The notes beneath the pieces are model-generated. The model was not told where the DNA came from. It worked only from the letters and a program-made list of their open reading frames with translations, and made no database searches. This document shows, piece by piece, positions 37,310-48,083 of a stretch of DNA of 64,000 bases. This DNA is from Nitrosarchaeum sp. (GTDB lineage Archaea > Thermoproteota > Nitrososphaeria > Nitrososphaerales > Nitrosopumilaceae), in assembly GCA_965223865.1 (NCBI GenBank), contig OZ245020.1:640001-704000 (forward strand), written 5' to 3'. A program made the translations under genes and the position numbers. The stretch's first letter is position 1, and the number at the start of each line of letters is the position of its first letter.

Positions 37310-37344
37310 AAGAATTCATTATTAAATTATTTACAAAAAATGTT

Positions 37345-37908
37345 CTATTGATCATAAATCATTAGATTTTTTTCTTCCAATAATGCATGTAGATTATGAA
37401 CCGAACGATATACATCTGATTCTTTTTTAGCGCCAGTACAAACTAGTTTTCCAGAAGCAAATAGTAGGATAACCGTTTTCGGATCAAGCATTCTATGAAT
37501 TAATCCTGGAAATTGCTCTGGTTCATACATGCTTCTAGGTAAGGTACGAGCTGCTTTTTCTAAATGAATTTTTCCACCTAAATTAATTGCGGCAACAATA
37601 TTTTGAACTGTAACTATTGCGTCATTTTTTATTTTGATCTTACCTTTTCGTAATTTTTGAACTACCGTATTAACTGCCTTTATTGCCATCTCCTCAGATT
37701 TAGCCCCAGTACACACCATCTTACCAGTTCTAAAAATTAAAGTAGCAGTTCTAGGATTGCTTAATCTAAAAACTAATCCTGGAAATTGTTCAGGGTGATA
37801 TTCAGTATCTGGAAATTTTTCGGTAATTTCATTTAGATCAATTTTTTGGTCTACTGATGCTGATGCTACAACATTCTCAACACTGACTATTGGTTTAGTC
37901 TGAGGCAT
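37345..37908 (-). CDS. tbp: TATA-box-binding protein
   Basis: Two repeats NVVAS...YxPEQFPGL...LIF.TGK.VCTGAK. Confidence 0.97.
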   Translation of the reverse strand: MPQTKPIVSVENVVASASVDQKIDLNEITEKFPDTEYHPEQFPGLVFRLSNPRTATLIFRTGKMVCTGAKSEEMAIKAVNTVVQKLRKGKIKIKNDAIVTVQNIVAAINLGGKIHLEKAARTLPRSMYEPEQFPGLIHRMLDPKTVILLFASGKLVCTGAKKESDVYRSVHNLHALLEEKNLMIYDQ

Positions 37909-37967
37909 GTCGAGGGATTTTAAATAGGCCCTTTATATATACTAGTCATATTTTTGCATAAAGAATT

Positions 37968-38423
37968 CTAATGATGTCCAATCCATTGGTATCTAAATTC
38001 CTCATCAATGATTTCTGTGATAAGATCTCTGTTTTTGATTCTAGATTTGGGTAAATTTACATCAAAGAATCCTAATTGACCTTTGTAAGGAATGGGTTCT
38101 CTTAATTTCTTAGCATTTTTTAACATGAATCCAAATTTTTTATTAAAATGTTGTTTTGATGCAAAATGAAATTTCTGATCATCTCTAATCTCTTTAATTG
38201 AATTGTATCTTTTCACATCATAGAGTTCTGCCTTGCCAATTATTGCCCCCGTGACAGATTTATTATTAATTTTTAATCTTTCACAATCTTCTTTTCTGAT
38301 CTTTAATGGTGAATGAATTAAAAACTCTCCACGAAAATTTGTATTCCATTTTCGTAATTCAATTGTTTTCTTTTTTGAAATAATTAAATCGGCAAATGGT
38401 TGAGAAACTGAAAGACATTTCAA
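37968..38423 (-). CDS. ASCH domain protein
   Basis: LSVSQPFA.LI..KKTIELR.W.T.FRG..LIH. Confidence 0.88.
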   Translation of the reverse strand: MKCLSVSQPFADLIISKKKTIELRKWNTNFRGEFLIHSPLKIRKEDCERLKINNKSVTGAIIGKAELYDVKRYNSIKEIRDDQKFHFASKQHFNKKFGFMLKNAKKLREPIPYKGQLGFFDVNLPKSRIKNRDLITEIIDEEFRYQWIGHH

Positions 38424-38427
38424 GACT

Positions 38428-39987
38428 TTATTCTGTAGCTATTTTGATATATTCCCCAGGATTCTTGCCTCTTCCTTCAGGTAAATTAGTTATTCCTCCA
38501 TTCAAGCTCTCAGTAATAATTCCTTTACTTGCAAGAACATTGACTGCCATCAAAGATGTATTTCCCGCCATACATACCAGCAAAGATTTTCCTTTCGAGC
38601 CTTCTAGTTCCTTGGTTAATTCTTCAGGAATTTGCTGTGTTTGCAATAGTTGCCCTATTGTTCTTGCTTTAGGTACTGATATCTTTGATTTGTTCACTCC
38701 AAGGGATTTTGCAATAATCTCTATTCCCTCTTCTTTAGGTGTGTATTGAGTATGGACCCAAATAATCTTATCATACTCATCTACACTAGATGCTGCATCT
38801 TGTAAAGAGATCTGAGTACGATGTTGATTCTTTGACATCTCTTCAAGATTTTTCTTGTATTTGTCTATTCCATCTGCAATCATGACAACAAATTTTTTAG
38901 CATGGCCAAAGTTTGCTAATTGTATTACTGCATATAGTTCAAGTGCACTACTTTCACCAATGTCATAACCTTTGTCAACAAAAAATTTTAGCAGATGTTT
39001 TGCTTGATCAAAATCAATTTCATATTCTCCAACATAATCATCAGGTTTGTAATACTTTAATCCTGATGCTTTGTCTCTAGTTCTAATCCCTGCAACATCT
39101 TGTCCTGCTGGCGGAAAAACTACGTGAACAGATTTTCTTCCATATTTATCAGATACATATTTGTTCAAACCACCAGAAGTACCACCTGTGCCAAACGAAC
39201 AAACAATTTCAAAGTCTTCCAATGATTCTCCATTTTCATGTAATTGCTGGTCTATTTCAACTCCAGTAATAGTTCTATGTGCATCAATGTTAAGATCATT
39301 ATCATATTGTTCAGGACAGAATACTCCATAAATTTTTGACAGGAGTTTTGCCAAGTTAATGATATCTTGAGCAGCTAAAAGTGATTCTACTTCTGAGCTT
39401 GCATTATCAAAAACTATGGGATCAAAACCAAGTTCTGATAACTGTGAGCGAATATTTGCCGCAGTGGCCTTTGCAGCCAAAACATTTGGATTGTCTTTCA
39501 TCCCCGGAGCAGGGCATATGTCCATATCAAGGTCCATGATACGAATATCCTCATTTCTTAATTCTGTAAAAACACCTTCTTGCAATTTTCTAGAAACAAG
39601 GGAAACTACCGTTATGCCAAGCTTAGATAATTGTCCCAGAGCAATTCCAAAATTACCTGAAGTTGCCTCAATTACCATTTGTCCGCTTTTCAGTTTACCT
39701 GTAGCGATTGCATCGTGTATAATATGAACTGCAGGTCTTACTTTAATTGAGCCTGATAATAAATTCGAATCAAATTTTCCATAAACTTTTAGATCCTTAT
39801 CTGATAAATTTAGCTTGTAAACGCTTTTTGCACATTCCTTCAAATCCTCGGTAATATCAATTAGTGGTGTTGGGTTGACGACTTTTGTTTCATCTTGATT
39901 TTTTTCTAAATGAGGAATCTTACTCCATATCTTCTCTTCAAATTTCTCAAGAAGAACTGTGTCTACATCATTTCCTTGAGAATCCAT
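38428..39987 (-). CDS. PLP-dependent cysteine synthase-family protein with rhodanese-like C-terminus
   Basis: SGSIKVR, EATSGNFG, GTGGTS; C-terminal LVCMAGNTS...SLNGGI. Confidence 0.85.
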   Translation of the reverse strand: MDSQGNDVDTVLLEKFEEKIWSKIPHLEKNQDETKVVNPTPLIDITEDLKECAKSVYKLNLSDKDLKVYGKFDSNLLSGSIKVRPAVHIIHDAIATGKLKSGQMVIEATSGNFGIALGQLSKLGITVVSLVSRKLQEGVFTELRNEDIRIMDLDMDICPAPGMKDNPNVLAAKATAANIRSQLSELGFDPIVFDNASSEVESLLAAQDIINLAKLLSKIYGVFCPEQYDNDLNIDAHRTITGVEIDQQLHENGESLEDFEIVCSFGTGGTSGGLNKYVSDKYGRKSVHVVFPPAGQDVAGIRTRDKASGLKYYKPDDYVGEYEIDFDQAKHLLKFFVDKGYDIGESSALELYAVIQLANFGHAKKFVVMIADGIDKYKKNLEEMSKNQHRTQISLQDAASSVDEYDKIIWVHTQYTPKEEGIEIIAKSLGVNKSKISVPKARTIGQLLQTQQIPEELTKELEGSKGKSLLVCMAGNTSLMAVNVLASKGIITESLNGGITNLPEGRGKNPGEYIKIATE

Positions 39988-40046
39988 GAAAAATCTTGAT
40001 TCGTAGCTACATTTAGAATTTACCTATATTATCCAAATTCTATTTA

Positions 40047-41612
40047 TTAATTCTCACTTAGAATTCCAAGAACCTTACTTGGAATATCGTTTAATCTACT
40101 TACAGCTAATGTTTTTTCATACCCTAAATATCTTAAATTCCCTGCAATCGTAGTAGCCCTGACTATATTTGGACCTAATCCAATAGCAACCATCTTAATT
40201 CCAAGTCCTTTCAAGGATTTTGTCATTATCCTTACAGCATTTGGATCAGATGGTTCCCCATCTGTTAAAGTTAAGAAAATATCTGGTCTTTTTGATTGTA
40301 AAATTGGAAACATCTTACTATAAACTTCTGCAAGTGGTGTTGAACCATTAGCTACTATTTGAGCCAACCGTTTTGCGGAGACATTATTCCATTTTACATT
40401 ATCTGGTTTTACTAACCAACAGACAACTGCTCTATTTTGTGTACTGAAAGCATAAACTGCAAATTTCACTTTAAGGTATGCAAGAACTTCGCACAAAGCT
40501 AAGGTTGCTTTTTTGTATTCTAGTGCATCAGATGCTATGCTAGAGGAGTGATCTAATAAAATTACAATTTTTATCTTTATTGATTTTTTAATATCTGTGA
40601 AAAATGGTTCGTGTCCTTCAATGTAATTTTCTTCATCAAATTCATCTCCACTTTTTACATGTTGTTCTTTCCAACCAGATTTCCATTCTTTAAATTTAGT
40701 TTTTAAACTATTTATCAAACTAATATCGTAAATTACAGTTTCATCTACATTATTTGTTGAGGGAATTTGAACACCAATTGCTTCAGGCGCTAATCCTTTG
40801 TTGTCGCTTTTTTTATTTTCATCCAATAATACTTGGTACTCACTGTAAACATTTTCTCCTCGTAAAGCTGCTTTAGGATCAATTTTTCCAAAATCCCCTT
40901 CTTTATTTTTTGAAATTACTGTAAGAAATTTGAGAAGTTCTTGCTCTGTTAAGGCCATTCCTGTTTTCATCAATGGTAATGAAACAGGAATTGTAAGGAG
41001 AGAATCAATATCTAAAATTTTTATTATTTCACTTACTCTCTTTTCTAACCATTCTGTATCATAATTTTTCTCTATTGCCTCATCAACAATTTTTTTGGCA
41101 AAAATTGATGCCTTCTTAATTCTCTCAAAATGACTAGATTGAACTTCTCCCTTCAAAGCTCCAAATATAAAATACTGATAAAATGCCTCTACAATCCTAG
41201 CTTTTCCATAAACTGTATGGAGTTGTGGTCTTGCCACTAACATATACGCATAATTAAATATGATTTCTTCATCCATTCCTCTCCAAACTCTTCTTCCCAA
41301 TTGTTCAATTCTCCTCGTTTCCATTGTGTTTAAAATAAATCCAAAGGCGTGATCATTGCTAAGAATTTTTTTACAAAATTTTATTCTCATTGCTTCATAC
41401 CATAATGTCGTTCTAAATTGTCTATATCTTTGAAAATCATTACCAATTCTTTTCTCAAGAGGTGTTAGGATCACTTTGTTTTCTTTTAATCTAGTTCTTG
41501 TTTCTACTTTGTCAGAAAATTCAACAACAATGTTTTCTTTTTGAGACCACCTTCTAACTAAAAATGTTGCAATCTCTACTAATGTTTCATTTCTTAAATG
41601 TAAAGACTGCAT
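40047..41612 (-). CDS. VWA domain protein (NorD/CbbO-like)
   Basis: LLDHSSS, GSTP and LTDGEP MIDAS motifs; paired with the AAA ATPase. Confidence 0.88.
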   Translation of the reverse strand: MQSLHLRNETLVEIATFLVRRWSQKENIVVEFSDKVETRTRLKENKVILTPLEKRIGNDFQRYRQFRTTLWYEAMRIKFCKKILSNDHAFGFILNTMETRRIEQLGRRVWRGMDEEIIFNYAYMLVARPQLHTVYGKARIVEAFYQYFIFGALKGEVQSSHFERIKKASIFAKKIVDEAIEKNYDTEWLEKRVSEIIKILDIDSLLTIPVSLPLMKTGMALTEQELLKFLTVISKNKEGDFGKIDPKAALRGENVYSEYQVLLDENKKSDNKGLAPEAIGVQIPSTNNVDETVIYDISLINSLKTKFKEWKSGWKEQHVKSGDEFDEENYIEGHEPFFTDIKKSIKIKIVILLDHSSSIASDALEYKKATLALCEVLAYLKVKFAVYAFSTQNRAVVCWLVKPDNVKWNNVSAKRLAQIVANGSTPLAEVYSKMFPILQSKRPDIFLTLTDGEPSDPNAVRIMTKSLKGLGIKMVAIGLGPNIVRATTIAGNLRYLGYEKTLAVSRLNDIPSKVLGILSEN

Positions 41613-42407
41613 TTAATTACCAAACATTGAGGTAATGATGTCACTTACCTTTTGATATTCTATGTTTCCCCATTGAGTATACACATTACCAAAAACAATC
41701 ATCGCCGCATCTTTGGGTAAAACTCCTTTATCTAATAATTTTCCAAACGCAATAGTTTCTCTCAGACTTGGTGAGTAAAACAATTCTTCCACTGCAGCTG
41801 CTTGTCGTAAGGTGTTTGCTAACTTTATACCCTGGGCAAGATTAGACTCATGTTCTCCTGAAACATATTTCTTTACTATTTCTAACTCGATTTTTTCTGG
41901 TGGATATTCTAAACTAATTCTAACTGGAAACCTACTAAGTAACTGTGGTGGGAGTTCTTTTGTGCCACTATGGCTCAATGGATTAATTGTTGCAATTACA
42001 AACCAATTTTCTTTTGCTTTAACTACTTCACCAGTGGATTCTTTAAGAGCTATTTGTCTTCTGTCATCTAAAGCTTCGTCTAATCTAAGCAATACATCTG
42101 CTTCTGCTGAATTGATTTCATCTAGATACAACATACTGCCTTCCTTCATTGATTTTATCAAAAGACCTTCATCAAAACTAACAGTGCCATCAGTTAGAGT
42201 TTTTGTCCCAATCAGATGACTTTCTCTGGTTCTAAGACTGAAATTAATTGATTCTAATTTTGCCGTCTTACTTTCAGCAAAATCTCTAACTAGTGATGTC
42301 TTTCCAGTACCTTTTGGTCCAATAATGAGAACAAAAAGTCCTGCATCATACGCTTTATTCAATATCTGAATAGAATTATTCCAATCAAGATAAGATGGTT
42401 CATTCAA
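41613..42407 (-). CDS. MoxR/CbbQ/NorQ-family AAA+ ATPase
   Basis: GPKGTGKT, LYLDEIN, ATINP and LLSRF. Confidence 0.9.
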   Translation of the reverse strand: MNEPSYLDWNNSIQILNKAYDAGLFVLIIGPKGTGKTSLVRDFAESKTAKLESINFSLRTRESHLIGTKTLTDGTVSFDEGLLIKSMKEGSMLYLDEINSAEADVLLRLDEALDDRRQIALKESTGEVVKAKENWFVIATINPLSHSGTKELPPQLLSRFPVRISLEYPPEKIELEIVKKYVSGEHESNLAQGIKLANTLRQAAAVEELFYSPSLRETIAFGKLLDKGVLPKDAAMIVFGNVYTQWGNIEYQKVSDIITSMFGN

Positions 42408-42446
42408 GTACGCTTTTCTTGATTATTACGATATTTAATTTTAGAC

Positions 42447-43904
42447 CTAACTTGCAAAGGATGCTATTTTCTTATATGATTCATCTAGTGTTTTGTGTAA
42501 TGACTTGTTCCATTCATCAAAACCAGATGGATCCTTTGGATAATTATAATAGTGATCCACTAACCATTTGTTTTGTCCAGATGTGTATTTGAGACCTTCT
42601 GCAACTGTTTTATTCATTATTCCTCTAATGATCATTCCAATTTTACCAAGACCAGAAAAATCTGGATGCTCACCTTTGCTAATTGATTCTACGTCGAGAT
42701 TTCCCAGAAAATGTTTCATGCCATAACTAATTTGCTCATTAGTTAATGTTTGAACTAGCCGTCTAAATAATTCAAGACCTGCGGTCTTGTATCCATACTC
42801 TTTTATAAAATCTAAATTATATTGCCATAAACTTGCTTCTGAGACATCATTAGCTTCAATTGCTTGGACAACATTATTTCCAAGAATTGTTCCAGCAATC
42901 AACGCAGGACCAATTCCTCCAGCATCAATTGGTTTAGGCATCCAGGCCGAATCTCCTACCATCATATACCCGTCTGATACTAGACAATCATTTTGTCTTC
43001 TTACTGAAACCTGAAATATTCCTGAATTATTATGAATGTCTTCAGGATCTTGAGAAAGTTTGGCATTTTTTATTGCAATATTTCTATTCAAATACTCCTT
43101 CATCAAAGATTCTACATTGTCTTTTTTTCCTAATTTTTGATTTCTTTTTTCCAAAAGAGATTTCTCAACTCCTAAACCAATGTTTACTTTGTTTTCTCCT
43201 TTTGGGAAAACCCATCCATATCCACCTGGTGCAATATCTTGGTCAAGATGAATAATACAATAGTCAGGGTCAAATTCTGAAAGGTCTTTCTTCCCATTTT
43301 CAAAATACATGATATATCTGCCTGTAGACTCCAAATCTCTTCTGTCTATCCTTCTTTCAACTTTAGTTGTGTTTTTAATTTGATTTCTAAGCACGGAGGT
43401 AACACCTGTTGCGTCAACTACAATCTTGGATGTTTTTTTGTATGGCTGTTTTGTTTTGTTGTTGATTCCTTGAACTCCTACAACTTTTTGTCCATCATAG
43501 ATTAAACCTGTCAGATTAATATCAAAATCAAATTCCACTCCCATTTTTTTTGTTCTCTCATTTTGAATTTCAGGAAGTTTTTGACGATTGAGCATGTATC
43601 CTGCTCCATCAAATGGAATGGCAGTTTCTTTATCAGGTGAAAATGCCATAACTCCTTTTACATCATGTTCGATCTCTGGTCTTCCCCATTGAACTTTAAT
43701 TCTTTCAGTCATATAGTCAACGGCTTCTTTTGAGCATGCATCGCCACATGTCCATCCTCCTAATGATTTTCTTCCAGGATACATCTCAGGATTTCTATCA
43801 ATTGAGAGAATTTTCAAATTTTGATTTGAATAGTGTGATATTGCTTGAGCGGTAATAGTGCCTGCTAACCCTCCTCCAGCAACTATAACATCATAATCTG
43901 CCAC
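42447..43904 (-). CDS. Geranylgeranyl reductase-family FAD oxidoreductase
   Basis: VAGGGLAG, VDATG, PGGYGWVFPKG and VGDSA...PIDAGGI. Confidence 0.85.
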   Translation of the reverse strand: MADYDVIVAGGGLAGTITAQAISHYSNQNLKILSIDRNPEMYPGRKSLGGWTCGDACSKEAVDYMTERIKVQWGRPEIEHDVKGVMAFSPDKETAIPFDGAGYMLNRQKLPEIQNERTKKMGVEFDFDINLTGLIYDGQKVVGVQGINNKTKQPYKKTSKIVVDATGVTSVLRNQIKNTTKVERRIDRRDLESTGRYIMYFENGKKDLSEFDPDYCIIHLDQDIAPGGYGWVFPKGENKVNIGLGVEKSLLEKRNQKLGKKDNVESLMKEYLNRNIAIKNAKLSQDPEDIHNNSGIFQVSVRRQNDCLVSDGYMMVGDSAWMPKPIDAGGIGPALIAGTILGNNVVQAIEANDVSEASLWQYNLDFIKEYGYKTAGLELFRRLVQTLTNEQISYGMKHFLGNLDVESISKGEHPDFSGLGKIGMIIRGIMNKTVAEGLKYTSGQNKWLVDHYYNYPKDPSGFDEWNKSLHKTLDESYKKIASFAS

Positions 43905-43989
43905 GATAAAGATCGTTGTTCATCCGTATTTAAAATAATACTTTACTTTCATCTGGTGAATAGTATTTCTATTAAATTGATTCTAAAAT

Positions 43990-44058
43990 GGGGTCGGTTC
44001 GTCGCGGCGTCTTCAAAGCTCTCGCTCAGACTGGAGCGGCTGTTATTTCCTCATTCCC
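43990..44058 (-). ncRNA. Probable C/D box sRNA
   Basis: GC-rich island reading GGGA-ATGAGGA(C)-guide-CTGA(D')-TTGAAGA(C')-CGCCGCGACGAA-CCGA(D)-CCCC, with terminal GGG/CCC pairing and ATTAAATA about 25-30 nt upstream. Confidence 0.7.
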
Positions 44059-44089
44059 AAATTCAATTAGTTGTTTATTCCTATTTAAT

Positions 44090-44518
44090 CTAGTTGGCAA
44101 TTTGAAATATCTTTGTAAATATTCTCACAGTATCTTTCTTGTTATAAACAGGGGTATGGATTTTCAACTTTATCACATCTTTTTCTTTGAATTTTATTTT
44201 TCCTCTGATAAATTCTTGTTTATCAATTCTAATGTGATATCTAGAGTCTATAGTTCTCTCTTCAATTTCATTGATCATCATATCTAGTTGCTCTTTTGAA
44301 AGAAATTTCAAAAATTTTTCAATAAATTCTTCACCCTGTTTTTTTACTAGATTTACATTTAGCATAATGATTGGATTGTTAAAATGACCTTTAGTGTTTT
44401 TGAGGGAAAATTCTTCTTTGTTTAATCCAAAACTATCTTCAAACACTTCAAAAAATTTTGAAATATCTTCTGTAGCATGAATAATTACGTCAATTGTAAC
44501 TTCTAATTTTTCAACCAT
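44090..44518 (-). CDS. Archaeal RNA-binding protein (PF01877-like)
   Basis: IHATED, GHFNNPI and RIDKQ. Confidence 0.85.
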   Translation of the reverse strand: MVEKLEVTIDVIIHATEDISKFFEVFEDSFGLNKEEFSLKNTKGHFNNPIIMLNVNLVKKQGEEFIEKFLKFLSKEQLDMMINEIEERTIDSRYHIRIDKQEFIRGKIKFKEKDVIKLKIHTPVYNKKDTVRIFTKIFQIAN

Positions 44519-44542
44519 TCTAAAGTGAGATTGGTAATTTTT

Positions 44543-45154
44543 CTATGCTTCAAGTAATGCTATTTCTTTCTCTGCCGTTCTGATGAGTTTGACTTTTTCT
44601 AGACCTACATGTCTTACTCTAATCACTTTCTTAAATGCGGCCATGATATCTGAGTTAATCTTGCTGTAACATGTTGCTTGAACAAATTGATCTATTGTCA
44701 TTTGAGGAACTGTATTGTTGATTATCTCCCTTGCAATCAATCTTAAGGCATGTTTTCTTGATGTATTTAACTGTCTATGTGTTAATGCAATTACTTTGAT
44801 TCTAAAGATGTACCCATCTTTAGTCTTGCTATCAATAATGAAATTAATTTTTGAGGAACCTCTTCTGACCAGACTACGCAAAAATTCTTTGGAATATTCG
44901 AACCTCTTAAAGATTGTTGAAGCCTTGTCATCATCTACTTTGTCAATTTGGAAGTAGATCTTGTATTGATGTTGTGATGGATCTCCTTTTAGAATATCAT
45001 ATAATGTAACTTCTATAACCCTTCCTGATGCATTTTCATCATCAGTAATTGGTACATATGCAATTGGGACATTGTTAAATGAATCTGGGGCATTTACAGT
45101 AATCCATCGTTTCTCTCTCCACTTGTCTTTTACTCGACCCTTTCTACGTGCCAA
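44543..45154 (-). CDS. rps3ae: 30S ribosomal protein S3Ae (eS1)
   Basis: KDKWREKRW, GRVIEVTL and LRSLVRRGSSKI. Confidence 0.95.
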   Translation of the reverse strand: MARRKGRVKDKWREKRWITVNAPDSFNNVPIAYVPITDDENASGRVIEVTLYDILKGDPSQHQYKIYFQIDKVDDDKASTIFKRFEYSKEFLRSLVRRGSSKINFIIDSKTKDGYIFRIKVIALTHRQLNTSRKHALRLIAREIINNTVPQMTIDQFVQATCYSKINSDIMAAFKKVIRVRHVGLEKVKLIRTAEKEIALLEA

Positions 45155-45194
45155 TTATTATCGACCTTTGAATCCAAAATATAAGGGTATGTGA

Positions 45195-46457
45195 CTAGAT
45201 AATATCACAGCCCATGTATTTTTCTAAAACTTTTGGGATCTTAATATGACCATCTTTGGTTTGGAAATTTTCCATTATTGAAACTAAAACTCTAGAAGTT
45301 GCAATGAGCGTACTGTTTAAAGTATGAATGTATTTAGTATCTTCATTTGTCTTTTCCCTAAATCTTATCTTTAATCTCCTTGCTTGGTAATCCAAACAAT
45401 TTGAACAAGAAACAATTTCACGGTATGCATTTTGACTTGCCATCCATGCTTCAATATCATATGTTTTTGCTGAAATTTTGCCCATATCTCCACTTGACAA
45501 AAGCATCACTCTATACGGAATTTCTAATTTTTGATAAAATTCTTCTGCAATTGCCAACATTCTTTCGTGTTCTTCCCACGAGTCTTCAGGACGAGTAAAT
45601 ACAAACTGCTCAATCTTGTCAAATTGATGTACTCTAAAAATTCCTTTTTGATCTCTACCATGTGCACCAGCTTCTTTTCGAAAACATGGACTTATTCCTG
45701 CATATCGTAATGGGAGGTCTTTACCTTCAATAATTTCATTTGAATGCATTGCAGCCATTGCATGTTCTGAGGTCCCAATCATGTAAAGATCCTCATCTTC
45801 TACTTTGTATATTACTTCTTCAAAATCATCTGCAATTATTGCACCTTCCATGGATTGTCGATTGATCATATATGGAGGTTGAATGAGGGAATAATTTTTC
45901 TGTACTAAAAAATCTAGAGCACAATGAATTAGAGATTGATTAAGGCGAACAAGATCATTTTTCAGATAATAAAATCTAGCACCTGCAACCTTTGATGCCC
46001 TTTGAAGATCTACTAAATCTAGGTTTTCAGAAATATCAATGTGATCATTTACTTTAAAACCAAACTCAGGAATTTTCCCCCATTTCTTAACCTCTTTATT
46101 GGAAGTGTCATCTTCTCCTACTGGAACCGAATCATGGATTAAATTTGGTATTGTAAAAGCTAGTTTAGTATACTTTTCTTCAATTTCTTCTTGAAATGCT
46201 TCCAATTTTGATAATTCCTCTGCAACACTTTTCATTTCATTAATGATTTCAGAAGCATCTTCTCTCTTTTTCTTTTTTTGAGAAATCTCCGAGGCCATTT
46301 GGTTTTTCTTTTTTCTTAGTTCATCAGTCTTTATGATGAACTCCCTTCTTTTTTGATCCGAGTCAATTAGTCCATCTAAATCAAAATCAACTGCTCTTGC
46401 TCTGAGCATATCTTGAATCATTTGAGAATTCTCCTTGATAGTTTTTGGATCCAACAT
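45195..46457 (-). CDS. serS: Seryl-tRNA synthetase
   Basis: GTSEH, FRKEAG, GIFRVHQF, EIVSCSNC and HTLNST. Confidence 0.97.
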   Translation of the reverse strand: MLDPKTIKENSQMIQDMLRARAVDFDLDGLIDSDQKRREFIIKTDELRKKKNQMASEISQKKKKREDASEIINEMKSVAEELSKLEAFQEEIEEKYTKLAFTIPNLIHDSVPVGEDDTSNKEVKKWGKIPEFGFKVNDHIDISENLDLVDLQRASKVAGARFYYLKNDLVRLNQSLIHCALDFLVQKNYSLIQPPYMINRQSMEGAIIADDFEEVIYKVEDEDLYMIGTSEHAMAAMHSNEIIEGKDLPLRYAGISPCFRKEAGAHGRDQKGIFRVHQFDKIEQFVFTRPEDSWEEHERMLAIAEEFYQKLEIPYRVMLLSSGDMGKISAKTYDIEAWMASQNAYREIVSCSNCLDYQARRLKIRFREKTNEDTKYIHTLNSTLIATSRVLVSIMENFQTKDGHIKIPKVLEKYMGCDII

Positions 46458-46699
46458 TATTCAATCACCTTTAAAGCAACTTGAACATGCTCTAGAACCT
46501 CATCTATTGTGCCAATTAATTTTCTCATATCTCTCTTACCTTCAAAATTAAAAACAAGTTTATTATCAATTTTTTCAACATTTAGGCTTAATCCTTCTGG
46601 GAAATTTACATTATCTGGTTCAATTGCTTTTTTTACAGCATATGCCTTTTCATCTGAAAGATTATTGAGAACTATCTGAACTTGACATGTTAACGACAT
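46457..46699 (-). CDS. pcc1: KEOPS subunit Pcc1
   Basis: A..V.KAIEPDN motif, size, and position in the rps15-DHH-pcc1-serS-rps3ae string. Confidence 0.7.
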   Translation of the reverse strand: MSLTCQVQIVLNNLSDEKAYAVKKAIEPDNVNFPEGLSLNVEKIDNKLVFNFEGKRDMRKLIGTIDEVLEHVQVALKVIE

Positions 46700-48083
46700 T
46701 TACATCTAGATAATTCAGAAACTCATCCAATTTGTTTTTAGTTATTTTTGCACCAGCAGCTGCATCATGACCACCTCCTACCCCATCAAACTTCTCAGCA
46801 CCTGTCCTCATTAATTCACTTAGATTTAGATCTGATTTACAACCAAAGGACTTTCTTGAAGAAAATTTGATAGTGTTCTCGTCTCCCTGAGTTCTCAAAA
46901 TTACAATTTTTCCTGCATTTTTTGGAGAACCTGCAATTAGTGATGAAATAGTACCTGTCATCGTTTCGGGAACAATTCCTTCTCCATTAACCATAACACA
47001 TGTTTCACTTTCAGAAATCCTCCATCTTTCATTTGAAAGAATATTCATATACTCTCTAATCATTTTTCTATAGTCAGTTAGTATGGTTTCTCCCTCTCGA
47101 AGAATTCTATTTCTGTCTCCCATACAAATTGCTATTCCTACTCCTGACCTATTGATTCTGCCACAAGAATTCAACATGGTAGAAAATTCTCTCCCATCCC
47201 TCAAGAAGCTTCTTCTATCTTCTCTGGGAAATGTATAGGTATATCCAATTAATTCGGACATTATTTCAGTTGCATTTTTTCCTGAGGTGAATTTTGTAAT
47301 CGATTCAATAACCTGCCTTTTTTCATCTTCATTTAGTTCAGCGGGAACTCTCCATCTTCCCCCATCTTTTAATTGAATTCCAGAGGAATTTAGAAGTGAT
47401 AAACAGGCGTCTCTATTCCAAGTGAGACCTTCTATAAATGGCTGAGATGTAAATGCTAGTGCATCAGGAAGAGGTCTAGTTTCTCTTCCAACTAGTAATA
47501 GGTCTAAATCAATTTCTACTAGACCCGCTTCTTTTGCAGTATTAGCAATTTCATAGTTCTTTCCTGTAAATGACTTTCTTTCCCCTTGATCCTGCCTATC
47601 TCCTAATGCTGAAACCACAGATATTGCCGAAAGATCCGAGTTCTTTTCATCTAGTGCAATAGATACCAAATATGCCATTCCACCTGCACAAATTTCAGTA
47701 CCCCCATCAATTTCATATTTCCATGAATTGATGACTTTTTGATTTTCTTGTTCTTCTTCTGTAATCTGGTGATGATCCAAAATAATCCAATTGTCACCAA
47801 ATGAATCATCCAACTCTTGCGCAAATCCTCCTCCAAGATCTGTTATAATGTGAAAATCTCTAGAATCCTTTTTTAAATTAGTAATTACCCCTTTGCTGAA
47901 TTCCTTAGAAGTTCTAACTGTACAATTTGCTCCAGCTCTGATGAGAGCTTTAGAAATTATGCTTCCAGAAGTTAATCCATCACAGTCGATATGAGTTGTA
48001 ACTGAAATTGATTTTTTCGATTTTATACAATCGTAAATTTTATCTTTAAAAAATGACAGTGACTCATCTAGAGTTTTTTCCAT
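46662..48083 (-). CDS. RecJ-like DHH phosphoesterase
   Basis: THIDCDG, ITDLG, LDHH and GGGHDAAAG. Confidence 0.9.
   Translation of the reverse strand: MEKTLDESLSFFKDKIYDCIKSKKSISVTTHIDCDGLTSGSIISKALIRAGANCTVRTSKEFSKGVITNLKKDSRDFHIITDLGGGFAQELDDSFGDNWIILDHHQITEEEQENQKVINSWKYEIDGGTEICAGGMAYLVSIALDEKNSDLSAISVVSALGDRQDQGERKSFTGKNYEIANTAKEAGLVEIDLDLLLVGRETRPLPDALAFTSQPFIEGLTWNRDACLSLLNSSGIQLKDGGRWRVPAELNEDEKRQVIESITKFTSGKNATEIMSELIGYTYTFPREDRRSFLRDGREFSTMLNSCGRINRSGVGIAICMGDRNRILREGETILTDYRKMIREYMNILSNERWRISESETCVMVNGEGIVPETMTGTISSLIAGSPKNAGKIVILRTQGDENTIKFSSRKSFGCKSDLNLSELMRTGAEKFDGVGGGHDAAAGAKITKNKLDEFLNYLDVNVVNMSSSDSSQ

Noticed and set aside
40047-42407. VWA plus MoxR pair as a novel defence or secretion system
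   Set aside because: A well-known chaperone pair in a core-genome context with no accessory genes.
43988-44287. 99-aa plus-strand ORF
   Set aside because: It overlaps the RNA-binding protein gene antisense, and its GC-rich start is better explained by the C/D box sRNA.
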